Part shown: one piece after another, positions 1 through 12,800 of the stretch
Position numbering within the stretch: the first letter of the stretch is position 1
Layout: every line of letters starts with the position of its first letter
Assembly (NCBI GenBank): GCA_001244265.2
Contig: CDLV01000004.1
Span: 3,410,001 to 3,474,000, forward strand
Direction: 5' to 3'
Source: Microbotryum violaceum
Lineage: Eukaryota
DNA: 64,000 nt
Position numbers and translations under genes: made by a program
The notes under the pieces: model-generated
The model's database searches: none
What the model saw: the letters and a program-made list of their open reading frames with translations, nothing else
What the model was told of the DNA's origin: nothing

Positions 1-837
1 ACTTGCCGGTCTCGGTCTTGCTGACGAAGGCGAAGAGGAGGACGAAGACGCGAAGACTGCGACGATGAGGATGAAGACGGCGGGGGACGAAAGAGAATGG
101 TGATGGTGAACGTACGCGTCTTCGGCTCTTTTTCGGATGTTCCGTTCTGTTTAAGGTGCAAGCACAGACTGACATTGAACTTTTGAACACCTAGGACGAA
201 GTTCAAGTAAAGGGGTCGAGGTGGCGAGTCTCGCCTTCACAATTCTTTGCGCACTATTTGCCAAACGCGACGAGTACTTCTCAATCCCGCATTGCACCCA
301 GCGTCCCTTCCTGGAGTCTGTGATTTACGGATGTACTCCCAAGTCGAGACCGATCAACTCAACAAATCCGGTTGCATCAAGAGAACCTACGCCTCACCAC
401 GACCCAAGGCATCAACGGCTTGACCCCGAACCAAATTGGACGTTCCATGACCTTGAGCTCGACGTTCAAGAATAGACCGCGCGACATCACGTGGCAGCGA
501 TACCAGGATGCGATGGCGTGCGTTGTCAAACATGGAAAACCTCCGCTGCTCATCACGATGACGTACGGCCCGAAGCACCGGAAATCAAGGCTGCACTGGG
601 GCCGAGTGACAAAGCATGCAACCGTCCGGATCTCATTGCACGAGTGTTTGAAGCCAAGTCCGGCAACAAGCGACATGCAGGCTGTTTCGGCGATGAATGT
701 AGGATGAATGGATTTGGTTTTTTTGCTGTACTTCGTATTGTGTTTTCTTAACCTCTGCGCTGAGATCATGTAGACTGTTCGATTATCCTGCTATTTTTTG
801 AATTTGATCCTCCGTTAATTTAACGGGTTCCCACTGG
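1..837 (+). mobile_element. Helitron 3' portion (internally deleted) carrying a Rep-domain fragment
   Basis: Rep-like peptides 'YQDAMACVVKHGKPPLLITMT' and 'NRPDLIARVFEAK' at ~480-660, in shifted frames. The 3' end has palindrome CCGTTAATTTAACGG (812-826), then CTGG (834-837, CTRR) followed by T. The 5' end was not located. Confidence 0.75.
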
Positions 838-2840
838 TTTTGTGTAAGTTTTTTGGCCTATTTTGGCCCCAAAATGTCAAAATTTCGCATGCGCCTCGGA
901 AATATTATCAAAATGTGTTCTACATGCTCCAAAAAACGCTCAAAAGTCCTCGAAAACGCGTTCCGAGCGTTTGCGGACGCGCGGCGGCCTATCGAAAGTG
1001 GCTTGTGGCGCGCGTCGCTTCGGCTGGTGTTGCGCGTGGCTCCACGCTTCAAACAAGCCTTCCTTGCTTTGCTGGCTGGCTCGCTGCTTCGTTGTCAGAC
1101 TTCCTTTTTGCTGAAGTTGAGATCCTTGTTTCCGCGGTGGCATTTGCGCGGCTTGTAGAGGTTCTGCCGGCGGCATCTCGCAGGCCGGGCACGCTCCGAA
1201 GGGCGGCAAATCTTTGCTCGGCATGTGCGCTCGTATTCATTAGGCGCTCGTCCGGGTAACATGAGGTAAGGTCCGTGGTTGAACGATATGTAGTCGTTGA
1301 CGGGCCTAATGACTCGATGACCTGTCGACCATCAATCATGCGGAACGGCATAGTGCCATCAATGAGGTGTGTGGAATAGCATGTTTTCTTGATGAGGCGA
1401 AGCTCCTGTACGACGACATTTGAGAGTAGAACCAACGAGGCGAGCGTGTCTTGGTTGCAGTGGTTTGTTGTCACTCTGCTGTAGATGTGTCGCACTGTAG
1501 GACACAAGACTTGTGTCAAACGAGAACTTCACAGCTCAACTGCCATTCAAGGCATCGTACCAATTCCAATGAACAGCACTTCGTCTCCATAGGCAGTTTG
1601 GTCGCAGCTGAGTGAATGCATGCCACACTTGAGGCCAAAGCAGATCAGAGATCCAATCTCCAGTGGTGTGGCAGCGGTTACAGCTCCGTCAAGCGATCCA
1701 AAATGAGGATAGCGTTGTGCTAGCGCTCCATACTGCTTGTCTCTCTCAGGGAGCTTTTCCTAAAAGTATCGGACCGGCAAAACATTAGATCCAGTTGCCT
1801 TCGTTCCTAAATTCAGCAACAACTCACTTGAATGCGGCCATCCTCAATATAGGTGTTCTTCTGAATCTCGTTCAAGCTCCTCGTCGTGCCCGCCATGTCT
1901 TCGCAGCGAGATGGTCCCATGGACTGTACCAACCCTTTCAAGACGCATGAATGCGTTGTACTGCGTCCTTCCTCTGTATTGCTAACCCCTACGCCTGCCT
2001 CTCCGCGAGTTGGGTCGCTCGATTCCATCGGCCTCCCTTGAGTAGAACAGCTTGAGGTGGCTACACTTATGAGCAGCTTGATGGGCAATCAGGTTGGCCA
2101 GTTCAGCGAGAAATTGGTATCGCGAGCATCGACAACTTGAGGCGGAAGTTTCAAGTGTGTGGGCTGTGTAGAGCCAAACACGCGTGAGCTTAGACCAAAA
2201 TTTCGATAGTTGAGCTTGGTAGACGCACGATTGGTCGTGAGAAGCTGTTTGCCTTCTCAACGGCATCGAGTAGATGATAAGGTCGAGTACTGGGTGTGCT
2301 CGTCTTTGGACAACTCGATGTGAAGAGACGCGTCGGCGGGAGTGACATCGAAGGCGAGGAGCTCGGCGATCGTCATGTTCGTGTTGGTGAGCGGCAATAA
2401 TCAATCGAAGGCATCGTTCAAATAGTAGGCCTGCATGGGATGATGTTGTCGTGCTATGCTCCAATCTCGGACCGAAGTGAAGCGGAACGGAACCTGCGCC
2501 CCTTCAATATCGAATCGGCTTAGTCCCTCACAGCCACTTAACTCAAGTGATTACCGAAGATGGCTAGTACTAAGTGACTTGTTCAGGCGCGAGCATCGCT
2601 AAACGCGTCTCGAAGCGAAGGCAAACGGGCCCAAAGTCATGTCGTAGGCTGCTCAGGGTAGGCCAAATTTGGGCCGACTCACGGGAAAATGTCAAAATCT
2701 AGACATGCGCCTCGGGGGCGAAACGTGTGTTTCGTCCCAAAATGTCAATTTTTTGCAACGCGCCTCGACGATTTTCAGGATTTTGGGTCCTCAAACTGTC
2801 AAAAAAAAAAATGCGCCTCCGGCTGGGCTTTCGGGGTTCT
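838..2840 (-). mobile_element. Degenerate DNA-transposon relic, possibly KDZ/Zisupton-like
   Basis: Broken minus-strand frames with a SWIM-like 'CRCSRYQF..HKCSHL' (~2060-2140), a Cys-containing segment after an intron-like stretch, and 'NTSAHAEQRFAAL'. Repeated motif AAAATGTCAA..(AT/AC)GCGCCTC near both ends (871-898; three copies in 2686-2820). Confidence 0.35.
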
Positions 2841-2862
2841 AGCACAGCTATAGCATCCACTG

Positions 2863-4790
2863 GGGGAAACGTCGACAACGCAGTGAAGGCCCAAAGGGGA
2901 ACGTGCGTTGCGAGTACCGCCCGTGAGCCCGCGTGTGTGGGAAGCACAGCTATAGCATCCACGGCACCGTTGAACTGGTCGACACGATCACAAAGTTCGC
3001 AACCTTCTTATCAACGACCTTGGTCTGCACGATCGTCGCGATCGCAAGCCCTATTGCCGTCCCGAGTTGGGTCGAAGGGTTGAACAACCCAGCCGCGAGG
3101 GATTGTTGGCCCGGTCCGGCGACTTTGGAGACGTAAAGGATCGAGCAGGCGAAGATGAAGTCCGCGCCGAGGACGCAGAGGATCATGGCGGGGAATTGGA
3201 AGGCCCTGTACAAGCACGAAGGGCTTGTCTGAGATTCCCTTTCTCAAACCAGTTACCGCTTCACATCAAACGTACCAGTAGGTGGCATGAAGCTTTTGTA
3301 CAGCGTAGAGCAGTGGAGCGATACCAGTCCCAAGTGTGCCAATGCCGATCAACCATTGAGCACCAATTCGACTCGTGAGCACCGCGACGATCATCTGCGA
3401 GCGTACCCCGGGACACCATTGTCAGCGTAGGGCTTGGAAAATAAATTATCTATGAACGGCTCCGCCGCATGCTCACATTTGAGGATCAGCCCTGTGACTG
3501 GACTGGGGAGGAATCGCACCGTTGCCTGAAGAGGTGTCAGGCCTTGAAGGTTCTGGAACCACTCGGTGGCGAAGAACCTGATTCAGGGCACAGGCGACGG
3601 CATCAGCTTTCTAAAATTTCAGCATAGAAAGGAACGCAGAATTGTGAATCACATGAACGAGCTGAATGCACACCACCCCAGCGCCCCCATGAGTTGCACG
3701 CACGCAAACCTCCCTCGAAACCACAGGGCCGTCAACATCAACGGCTGCTTCTCCGTCCTAAACTCGAGATGTCTTTCCCTGAACCAGAACGCAACCAAGG
3801 TGAGCAGGCCCAAGACAAACACGATGGGAATATAGGGGGTGTTTCAACCGACTCCTGAGCCGTCGGCAAGGGCGAAGGTGAAGAGCGTCAAACCGCTGGT
3901 GATGAGAGCGGCGCCGATCCAGGCAACGGTCAATTCCATGTTGCGTGGTGGATCCCGAGGGACGAAATATTGGGCCCCGACGATGACGATGACGCCCAAC
4001 CCAGCAGATACGTAGAATGTTGTTCTCCAACTCGCATATTGCGTCATGAACCCTCCAAGAACAAATCCAAGGGATCCTCCCAAGGGAGCCCCAGCGGAAA
4101 AGATGGCGAAAGCTGTGCTCTTGGCCTGACCAGGGGCGAACGATGCGCCCAGGATACCCAGTGCGGAGGGGACGGCGGCCCCCATGTCTACGCCTTGCAT
4201 GGCCCTGAAAATCCCCATAGCGACTTGGTTGGTCGCGAGAGCGACGCCGATAGAGAAGGCGGCGAAGAATGCCATGCCGAATTGGAAGATGGTGCAGAAG
4301 AGAGGGTCGCGGCTCGGTTAGTAGACCGGACTCGGGCAAACGGTCCTGGTGGGCACGACTGACAGCTTAGGACCATGGATATCAGCCAGTCGACCGAAAA
4401 AAAGTAAGACGGCACCGAACGCAAGTGAATAGGCCGAAGTCTGTGAGAAGAGATTTTGGCGGAGCGAGATCTCAGTGGCCCGCTCAACTCGGAGAATAGA
4501 TGTCCCACCGTCGTCGGCTTCACAAGCCACTGATAATTGACGACTTCAATAGTCAGGTCCCTCCCTATCGCCTCCAGACTAAGTACAACAGCTTGAACTT
4601 GAGTAATCTAGATACAGTCTCCTTTTATCAGTGAGAATCGCTTTTCGCCCCTCGCCGGAGAAACTGAATCTCGACCCCACGCGCGGCGCTTGGACCTACA
4701 TTAAGCACCATCGCCAGTGTCAAGAAGAAGACGAGCATCACCTGCGCTCAAATGAGGGAAATTCCCTTCTGCTTCCTTCCCTTCCAGATC
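2863..4790 (-). pseudogene. MFS drug:H+ antiporter (DHA2/ATR1-like) pseudogene, intron-containing
   Basis: Exons read 'VMLVFFLTLAMVLN', 'IGRDLTIEVVNYQWL|TSAYSLAFGAVLLFFGRLADIHG', 'FRAMQG..AAVPSALGILG', 'GAPLGGSLGFVLGG..WR' and 'QQSLAAGLFN..QLGTAIGLAI'. Premature TGA at 3844-3846 in 'GVG*NTPYIP', plus frameshifts. Confidence 0.85.
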
Positions 4791-7479
4791 GGCAGGTCCA
4801 TTAAGCCAGCCAAAAAAACTCGTGCGCGCACGCGCGATAAGGCAGCTTTTCTGTTTTTTTGGCCGGGGGGAGCTTGGTAGAGGGATGGTGTACCATTGCT
4901 CCCCCTCCTCGCACACTCTGGCACGGTGCACCTCTGGGCGTCCCACGAGCCGTGAAGCGAAGCTTATTAGCTAATTGGTATTAGAGTTATCCCTATAGAT
5001 AATACCAATCTTCCTATACCAATGTTCCCAAGAGTCGAATTCGGAACCGAAATGCGATATAGCTGTTGTACCCAATACCGCCTGCTGACGAGATGGAGGA
5101 TACAACCAATGCACAGGTAAGACAGCTGCTGTATTGACCTTCTGCCCCCCCCTCCCTCCTAATTTTCTGTTTCTCTTCACTCACTACTTACTACCCCTGT
5201 TTTTTTCTTTAATTCAACAGCAGTACAACCACAACAATACCTAAAAACCTTGGGAAAGTCGGAGCGAATGCAGTTGAGCACACTGACTAGTAGGCCAGCT
5301 TCGGAGCTTCGGATCTCGAAGATGGGAGTTTCCTTTTGCCGAGTCTTATTGGGCCCTACTGGGTCTTAAGGGTATTAATGGTATGCTGACTGGTCGCTTG
5401 CTGTTATTGAAGTGTATTAGATAAAAAAAATGTGGCTCACGGTTCGCTCCCGCACTTTGACCTTGGCCCAAGCACATCGACGCGTCGACGCACACTGGGT
5501 TACTAAATGCTCCTCAAATTGAGTCGGACCAGGTTGATGATTAGTCCCTCTTCTTGTTCATGTTCCTGTTTTTGTTCTTCTGCAATGATCGATTGGGAGC
5601 GATCTTACACCTTGTCCAAACACGACCTCATCGCTGTCTCTCGCGATCTCGCGCCTCGCATCTTAACCAATCGGATCATTTTGTGATAAGTTGTTCCGCA
5701 TCTCGATAGTTGACACAAAGCACGCAAGGGGACCACACCGGTGACATTTCCGGTAGGACGTTTCAGAATTTGGGTGTGTAGCTCTTCATTCTTTCATCAC
5801 CTGATTGTGTCCTGTTCTCTGAAGTGCGACTTGATTTCTGACAAATTGCACTTTTCACAGTGCATGCATGACCCGGGACTTCTCGCTTGACCCTCAGCTG
5901 CGCACCCAACGCAGCATCGGACAGTGCAGTAGAAGGCTGTGGGCAAATTGATGGGAAGTGCAATACAGAGGGCGACTGATAAATCTCAGGTTTTGTCTTC
6001 CATGTGGAAACCCGAGTATTCAAGACGATTTCGATCGCAATGTTGACCACCGGTGGATTTTCCCCGCGCCGGGCACCCTGACTCAAAAACCTAGTCACTT
6101 TCAGTGCCACTACAGTACGATCTGGTGATGACCCTCGGTCTTACAAAGATGATTTCAAGCAAACAAAACCGAGGAGACCGATTGAGATACCACCAGAACT
6201 GTCATCTGCAAAGGCTGCGTTGGTCGACAGTAGAAACAGTCGGAGGCCAGCAATAGCTCGCAAGCCACTCGCGCACTCTGATGCGAGGAGGAATGGCAGA
6301 GTACGAAGAACAACATCGTGATCCTGACTCAATGATGTTCGTTCAGGTGTATACACCCCACTTTTCTGTCCATAGCTAACTCTCAGCTTCCGCCTTTACG
6401 ATGTAACAGTAGTACATGTACCGGTGAGAGCACGCAACAGATTGGGTCACACGGCAGAGAGCACATGAAAGGCGCAGGTGTGATTGGCATCAAAGTCACC
6501 TTTTTCTCAGCACCGGGACAGATATCACTGATATATTGTCAAACTCATTCCTCGTTATCAGACTAGAATGAATTCAATCTTACACGAACATCCCGTCAGG
6601 GGTATTAAGTGCGTCGTCATGCATCTGAAATGTCGAGAGTCGATAATGTCGACGCAAACGTACAACTGTCTAAGTGGCTGCGTGGCTTAAAGTGGCCAAG
6701 ACAACACCATTGAAAAGCACCGAAAAACAGATCGAGTATGGGACCAGTTTAGCCTTAGTTGGAGTGTACATTAGAGTGTGGGGGTAAATGGAGTCTGATA
6801 ATTAGCAATGTGCTCTTTGCAAAGATCTCAGGAAGTATCAACAAAGACTCGACCCGGCACGGACTTCGGGCATCTGACTGCCCTGACTGCGCACGCTATA
6901 AACACCAAACGCAATGGCGAAAATTTGAAAGCGCACTCACTAAGCGCAGGCAAGAAGAATTCCCGCTTATCTTATCGCCAGCAGCAGTGAGCTTTCCTTC
7001 TGGATCTCTAGCTGACCTGTTAGACCTCCCGCTGTCGGCACTACTGCTGGGCAGTAACCTTTTCAAGCGGGCTAGAGCGCATTTAAGCGGTAGCCAACCC
7101 CTGTCAGCGTTGGTTGCCTCTCGGTCGTATGGCTGCTACTTTGCATTCCCTGCACTTCCGGGAGAAGGGCAATATTTTATGATGAAGAGACACTAGTCAA
7201 TGAAAAGGCAAAAGCACGCGAGCGCTCGCATCATCTGTTTGGATTGAGGCTTTTGGAACAAGAGCCTTCGATCCCAGACAGCCATTAAAAATTTCCCAAG
7301 TTTCGTCATCACTGCCATCATCTTCCGCATTGAGCTCCCACTCCTCAAGCACAAATGCACCGTTGTCTGTGGCGTCGATAGAGTAATGACTCAAATCGTC
7401 GCTCGAATGATCACTCATGTCAAAGTCAACTGCTTTGTTTGTGTTGTCGTCCGTCTCATCAATTGTGTCACCAGGGCTG

Positions 7480-7596
7480 TGTAAGGCTCGGTTGCCTTAC
7501 GCTATTTAACTACCCTTCTGATTTCAATATGCATCTATTGAAATCGTCAGTCTTTTGGACCGTGTAACCTAGTCGTGAAGGGCCTGGGGTATTACA
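7480..7596 (+). mobile_element. Solo LTR (117 bp), Gypsy-type
   Basis: TGTAAGG...GGGGTATTACA termini. 5-bp TSD GGCTG at 7475-7479 and 7597-7601. Confidence 0.85.
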
Positions 7597-7816
7597 GGCT
7601 GCGGGCAAACGAAGTCAAATCCGGCAGGCCATCCGCTGTCGTTTGCTCAGCGTCGTCGGTACACCAAAGCCCAAGCGCCACGCACCCCTCCATCGGTTGT
7701 TCGCCCGTGCCTTGGGTGCACTGCCACAGGTAGTAATCAAGGCTCGGGATCGATGGCTCCGATGGAGGAGGGCTCCGAGTCGGTCGACGTGTCAGACGCG
7801 GCCTCGTTGGGTTGCC

Positions 7817-7873
7817 GTGATTACTGTGGTACTCGGTGAATACTGTGGTACTCGGTGAATATTGTGGTACTCG
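7817..7873. repeat. Tandem repeat, 3 x 19 bp
   Basis: GTGAATACTGTGGTACTCG in three adjacent copies with single substitutions. Confidence 0.9.
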
Positions 7874-9063
7874 GGATCCGGTCGCATCCGCTATTTCAAT
7901 TAGTCAAGGCTAAGAAAAGTCGTAGCGGCAGTAAGTCCTGGACTTGGGCGTCTCGACGACGAGTCATTCCCGGCGGCCACGAGAGGAGGGAGGCTAAAGC
8001 CGGCTTACGGGAGGGAGAGGAAGAGGATGTGATTTCGAACGGGCCTTCACTTTTGCGCCGCCAAGACTCGGAAAATGACGAGCATTGGTGGGACCAGTGA
8101 GGCAGGATTTGGAAGGAAGACGGAGCCCGATGTGCGGATGAAGCGGTGAAGGGGAATGAACAGAAAGCAGCGGTTTGAACTGCCGGGACGTTTGAGGGGA
8201 GTTTTCTTCTTGTTTTCAGGAAGACTTCCAGGATCCAATACAAAATTTTCCTCCTTTCTCACTTTTTGCGTGTTTCAAGTCTCGTCTGGCATCGTCTCCA
8301 GTCTCCGACCTCAGCGTTTCGTTCTCGAACTCGGTCTCGCTTTCAATTCTAGTACCCCCACTGCAGTCTCTCGTGTCTTTCACCTTGGTGTCTTAAAAGC
8401 TCTTAGTCATCCCTTAGCCTTTTATTATCATATCATCTTTGATAGATAATATCTTTGATCGATAACAACTTTGATCGCTATACCATAATGCCAGCAGCGT
8501 AGCCGGAGGATTTTATAAACGCCTCGCCTTCGGGACAAGACTGGCTTCTTTTTTCGTTCTCGCATGGGCCATGACCTCATGGCATCTTGTTCTTTTTCTT
8601 TTTCTTCTTCGCCCCATCCTCTGGCCCCGTGGTCGCCCCGCTCTCGATGATCGCGTCAGCCGCCTTCTTCTTCCTCCGCCTCGTGAATTTCTCACGCTTG
8701 GTCTTGGTGTCTTTTTCCTTGTCTTTCTCTACTAGGGACGCTGGATTTGCTTGTGGTAGTGGCGATGTGTGTCGCAGGGAGCCCATGCTTGAAGCGATGC
8801 CGATGAGTGCAAGGCGGTGGGGGAGGGTTGAAGCTTGAAGGTGGGGGTGCCAGTGCCATGTGTTGAGGCAAAGGGCCGATTAGCGTAGGCGAGTTAGCAA
8901 GTGCACTACTTAGCCGCTATTCTGCCTCCCGGCGGGGGCCGTGAGAGGGGGGGGGGATAGTATACCATGCCTGTACCAACGTTTTCCTGGGCCAAATTTC
9001 AAAAAAGCTGCCTTAACGCGTTGCGCGCGACCTAGTTTTTTTGGCAGGCTTAATTTGACCCGC

Positions 9064-9460
9064 ATAAGTGTTTCCTTCTGAATCCTCATCTTCGCCGACC
9101 TTTTCAGCGGACCTGTCGTGCTTGATATCCGACTCTGTCATTGGCTCATTTAAGTCGACGACGGTGCTGGGCGCATCAGTGCTATTCCCATCCTTCTGCA
9201 TCGCCGGCGTGGGATCGGACGGATTCGCCGTCGGTGCAGCCTCGGATATTCGCTTCTCGTCGTCAATAATCCCGAGTGATCTGAGAGGCTACGGCCGGTC
9301 TTCGTGATCACCTCGTGGTGTAGCCTATCGACAATGTCCTACGCCGTTTCGCCGTGCGCACCCGGCACCAATCCCTTCCACGCCGCCCGCTGAGTCGACG
9401 CGCGTTACGCGCGATGTTAGCGTCTGACGATTTGTCGGAGGTCCTAGTCGCGGCTATGGT
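9064..9460 (-). pseudogene. Probable detached hydrophilic N-terminus of the MFS pseudogene
   Basis: 'IIDDEKRISEAAP..STVVDLNEP..AEKVGEDEDSEGNTY' stops at the inverted repeat and rejoins in frame with 'DLEGKEAEGNFPHLS' at 4790. The assignment is inference. Confidence 0.45.
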
Positions 9461-9891
9461 CTGCCTTTGGGTAACGGAAGGGAACGACGAGTCTTGTAGG
9501 CACAGAGATGGTATCAACTTGGGGAGAACGGGTAAGTGTTCGAGCTATCGCCGGCGACGCACGCGAGGTGCCGCCGTCGCGCTTCAAAGTTCCCACTAGC
9601 GGATGCCGAAAGCGCAGCCGCGCCGCGCAGCCGAAAGCCGGCCGAGCGGAAGGTAGGGTGGGAAGATCGTTTGGCGCTGAATGGTAAGCAGCTTACGGGA
9701 TCGTCAGGAGCTGTTGAACGCAGCTGCCTAATTAGGAGATGACATGTGGTGCAAGGACTGTTGTAGCTAGATGGCGTGAAGTGTAGTCAAACAAGAAGAA
9801 ACTAAGGAAAAATCGTTTATATCGAATGTCCCCCCTTTAACCAACCCAGAAAATAGCACGTTCTCATCCCCAACCTCGACCCTCGAGCCTC

Positions 9892-12800
9892 TCATCGTTT
9901 CGGTGTCTGACTCCCACTATTCGTACTCCCCGTCGAGCTATCGCTCGTACCCCTCACACCCCTCGAAAAAGGGATCACAGGCGTCGAGCTTGTTCCCGTT
10001 CCCGTCCCTCCTCCCCCATTCGCAGGTGATGGTGCTCTCCCCGTCGCCGTCATTGAAGAAGGTTCCGAGATCGAAGCACCCGAGAGGGATCCTGTCACTC
10101 GCGGCCGAATTGGTGCCGAGGTTCGAGAGGATGAAGTTGTCCCCAAGGTGACTGTCGAATGATATGTCGATTGACCCTGATAAAACTCCGACTCATTCCC
10201 TTCGGCTTCCAAAAACGACGCCCTCCTCTTCTGATTAAGAGGGAACGTCGCCGACCCTGGCGAAACAAGCGACGAGAGGATGTCCGAAAACGAACCCGTG
10301 AAATCGGTCGGTGCTTGATGCCTCAACTTGTCCAACGGTCCTCCACTTCTCGCCGAGGGCGAAACAAGATAGGGACTTCCAGGTTGGGAGGGAAATCCAT
10401 TGCCTTCTTCAATGTAATCGTCCATCCCTTCGAGGGTGACGAGCGATTTCCTCTTCTCGCGCAGGATCGCCTTCTTGGTCGCTTGTCGACGACTTGCAGT
10501 GGCGTTGGAGAAAACGGGCAAGAGGTAGCGCTCGTCCAGCACGGTGAACCATTGACCGTCCCTCCATACTCGCGTGTTGTCCCCTTCCCCTGCGGTGGCG
10601 GCAGCTCCTGTCCCAGCTTTGGACACCGAAGGCAAGACGTCCCCTTCGGAATCCGAGCCGCTGTCCCGTGACGAATGGGAAGGCGATGAGGGTCCTTTGA
10701 AGGATCCATGCGGATGCAATGTCCCCATCTTTGGTACTGAAGAAGGTGGTGTGGTGGAAACCAACGACTTCAACGCCATCCGATCACTGTACGGCGAATC
10801 CATTGCCGACAGCACCCCCTCCTCCTCTTCATTGCGTCCTGCATGCCCATTTCCACCAAACTTGCGACTGTTCGGCAAAGTCCTCCTCGCTTTGTGAGTC
10901 GCCAATCCAGCGGCCTTGTTCCCTCCGGCTGCGGATCGAGTTCCCTCGATATCGCCTTCCCCGTTGTTAGTTATCGCGTACCCAGCTCCACCTTCATCAT
11001 CCGAGCTCTCGGGATCATCATCCTCGACGCCGGTTCGAATGCCAAGAATTTCAATCATCCTCCCGATCGTGCCACCAAAGACGACGACGGTTAACACGAC
11101 CGAGACCAGCACTGTCGTTCGTAAGGCGATGGCGTTGGGTCCTTTCATCCCTTCCGCCAAAGCGACACCGACGGCTCCTCGGAGCCCGGCCCAGAAGAGC
11201 ATCATCTGGTACGAGTGAGGTAGCTCATCGGGCCGGTTGCCGCGCGCTTTGAAGAATACGTTGATGCCTTTGGAGATGGGGAAGACGGCGCAGTAACGAG
11301 CGATGCAAACGGCGAACTGCGCGAGCATGCACGCCACTAGGGTCAGTCCTCTACGTCTTGAAGTTATAGGGACACGGGACACAGCACGCACTGCAGTGAC
11401 GAGGATGAACATGGGTTTGTACACGAGCTGCGTTTGGGTGAACAAGCTTAGTCCGAGGTAGATGAAGATAAAGTTCTCGCTCAGTTGCGCGAGTGAACCA
11501 AACATGTAACGCGACGTGCGTTGGGTCCGATGCGACATGTTGTGGTACGCGTAGTGCTTGAGCGTGATCCCGCAGAAAAGGAGAGAGACGATGCCTGCCG
11601 CATGTATCACGGATTCAGCCTGCATAGCCAGCGATGTGATGAGTCTGATGCGAAGAAACTCACCACTCATAGTCACGGCGTTGGAGAAGAAGTAACTCGT
11701 GTACGCGATCAAGAAGACGAGACAACTTTCAATTTCCGTGTAGCGACCTGTGCGCGAATGGACTCTCACAAGGTCAGCACGCGCTGCAACAGCGCCGTCA
11801 GAGCTCCGTTCAACGGACCCAATTCGGAATGCTTGAGCATCAACGAGCACGCCAGACCAAAGACGACACCGAGCAACATGGACACGCAGAAGGTGAGCAG
11901 AAAAATGCCGACGCCGTGGAAGAAGGAGAGCACATGTATTTTTTCTCCGTGAAATTGGGATAGCGTTCTGTGCGCGGCCCCGCGATTGTGAAATCAGCTC
12001 GAGAACGCAGCAGACTTTGGACCCGTTTCAGACCACTCACTCGAACATGACGATGGCGACGGCGTCATTGAGGATGCTCTCGCCAAAGATAACCGAGTAG
12101 AGCTTGGGGTCGACGTGAAGCGCATTGAAGATGGCCAGAATCGTGACCGGGTCCGTGGCAGAGAGGGTCGAACCAAACTGGAGACATTCGATGATGTTCA
12201 AGGATAGACCCTCGAGTCCGAGGAGCGAATAGATGTAGACGATGACTCTGTAGCACGGAGGAGAGAGGGGTGAGCCAAACATTTTTGCGGGTGGCTGAGG
12301 TGAAGAACAAGGCTGACCCGAGTACGACGGCCGAGATAAAGGTCCCGGCAAAAGCAAAGGTGATGATGACGCCAAAGTTGCGAAAAAAGTTTTCCTGTTG
12401 CCCACAAAAACATCAGGGATTGGATCTGCAAGCGATTTTTTGATCCAACGACGGAGGCGACGAACCTGCTTGAGCTGATAGCCCGAGTTGAGGATGATGG
12501 GTGGGAGCAGTACGTTGAGCAGGATGGTGCTCTTGAACGAGATCATGGTCTGGATGACGTTGCCCGGTGCGAGTCGTACGAGCAGACCGACACACATGCC
12601 TGGGGAGGGGACCATGTGAGGTCGCAGTCAGGAAGCGGCAAAGCGAAAGTAGCTTGTAGCTGGCGATGATGCTGTGGAACTGACCTGCAAACATGGCAAC
12701 GATAGTTTCATGGATGGAGCGAATCCTTCGAATCTTGAGGTAGTACGACACCCAAAAGGACAGGATGAGGAGCAAGAGCACCTGAGCGGGAGCGGGAGCA

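Larger units (their letters stand above)
4791..9063. mobile_element. ~4.3-kb insertion bounded by diverged ~125-bp inverted repeats; no transposase recognised
   Basis: 4791-4914 aligns by eye to the reverse complement of 8941-9063 (shared blocks TTAAGCC.GCCAAAAAAACT, GCGCGCA, TAAGGCAGCTTTT, TTTGGCC, TTGGTA.AGG.ATGGT.TAC). No target-site duplication (TSD) found. Confidence 0.55.

Noticed and set aside
7191-7207. CACTAGT as the left CACTA terminus pairing with 44380
   Set aside because: The match stops after about 6 nt, no subterminal similarity was seen, and it would enclose NHX1 over 37 kb.
9892-11850. 652-aa ORF taken as the complete NHX1 protein
   Set aside because: It reads through several introns; the real gene starts at 13118 and is spliced.
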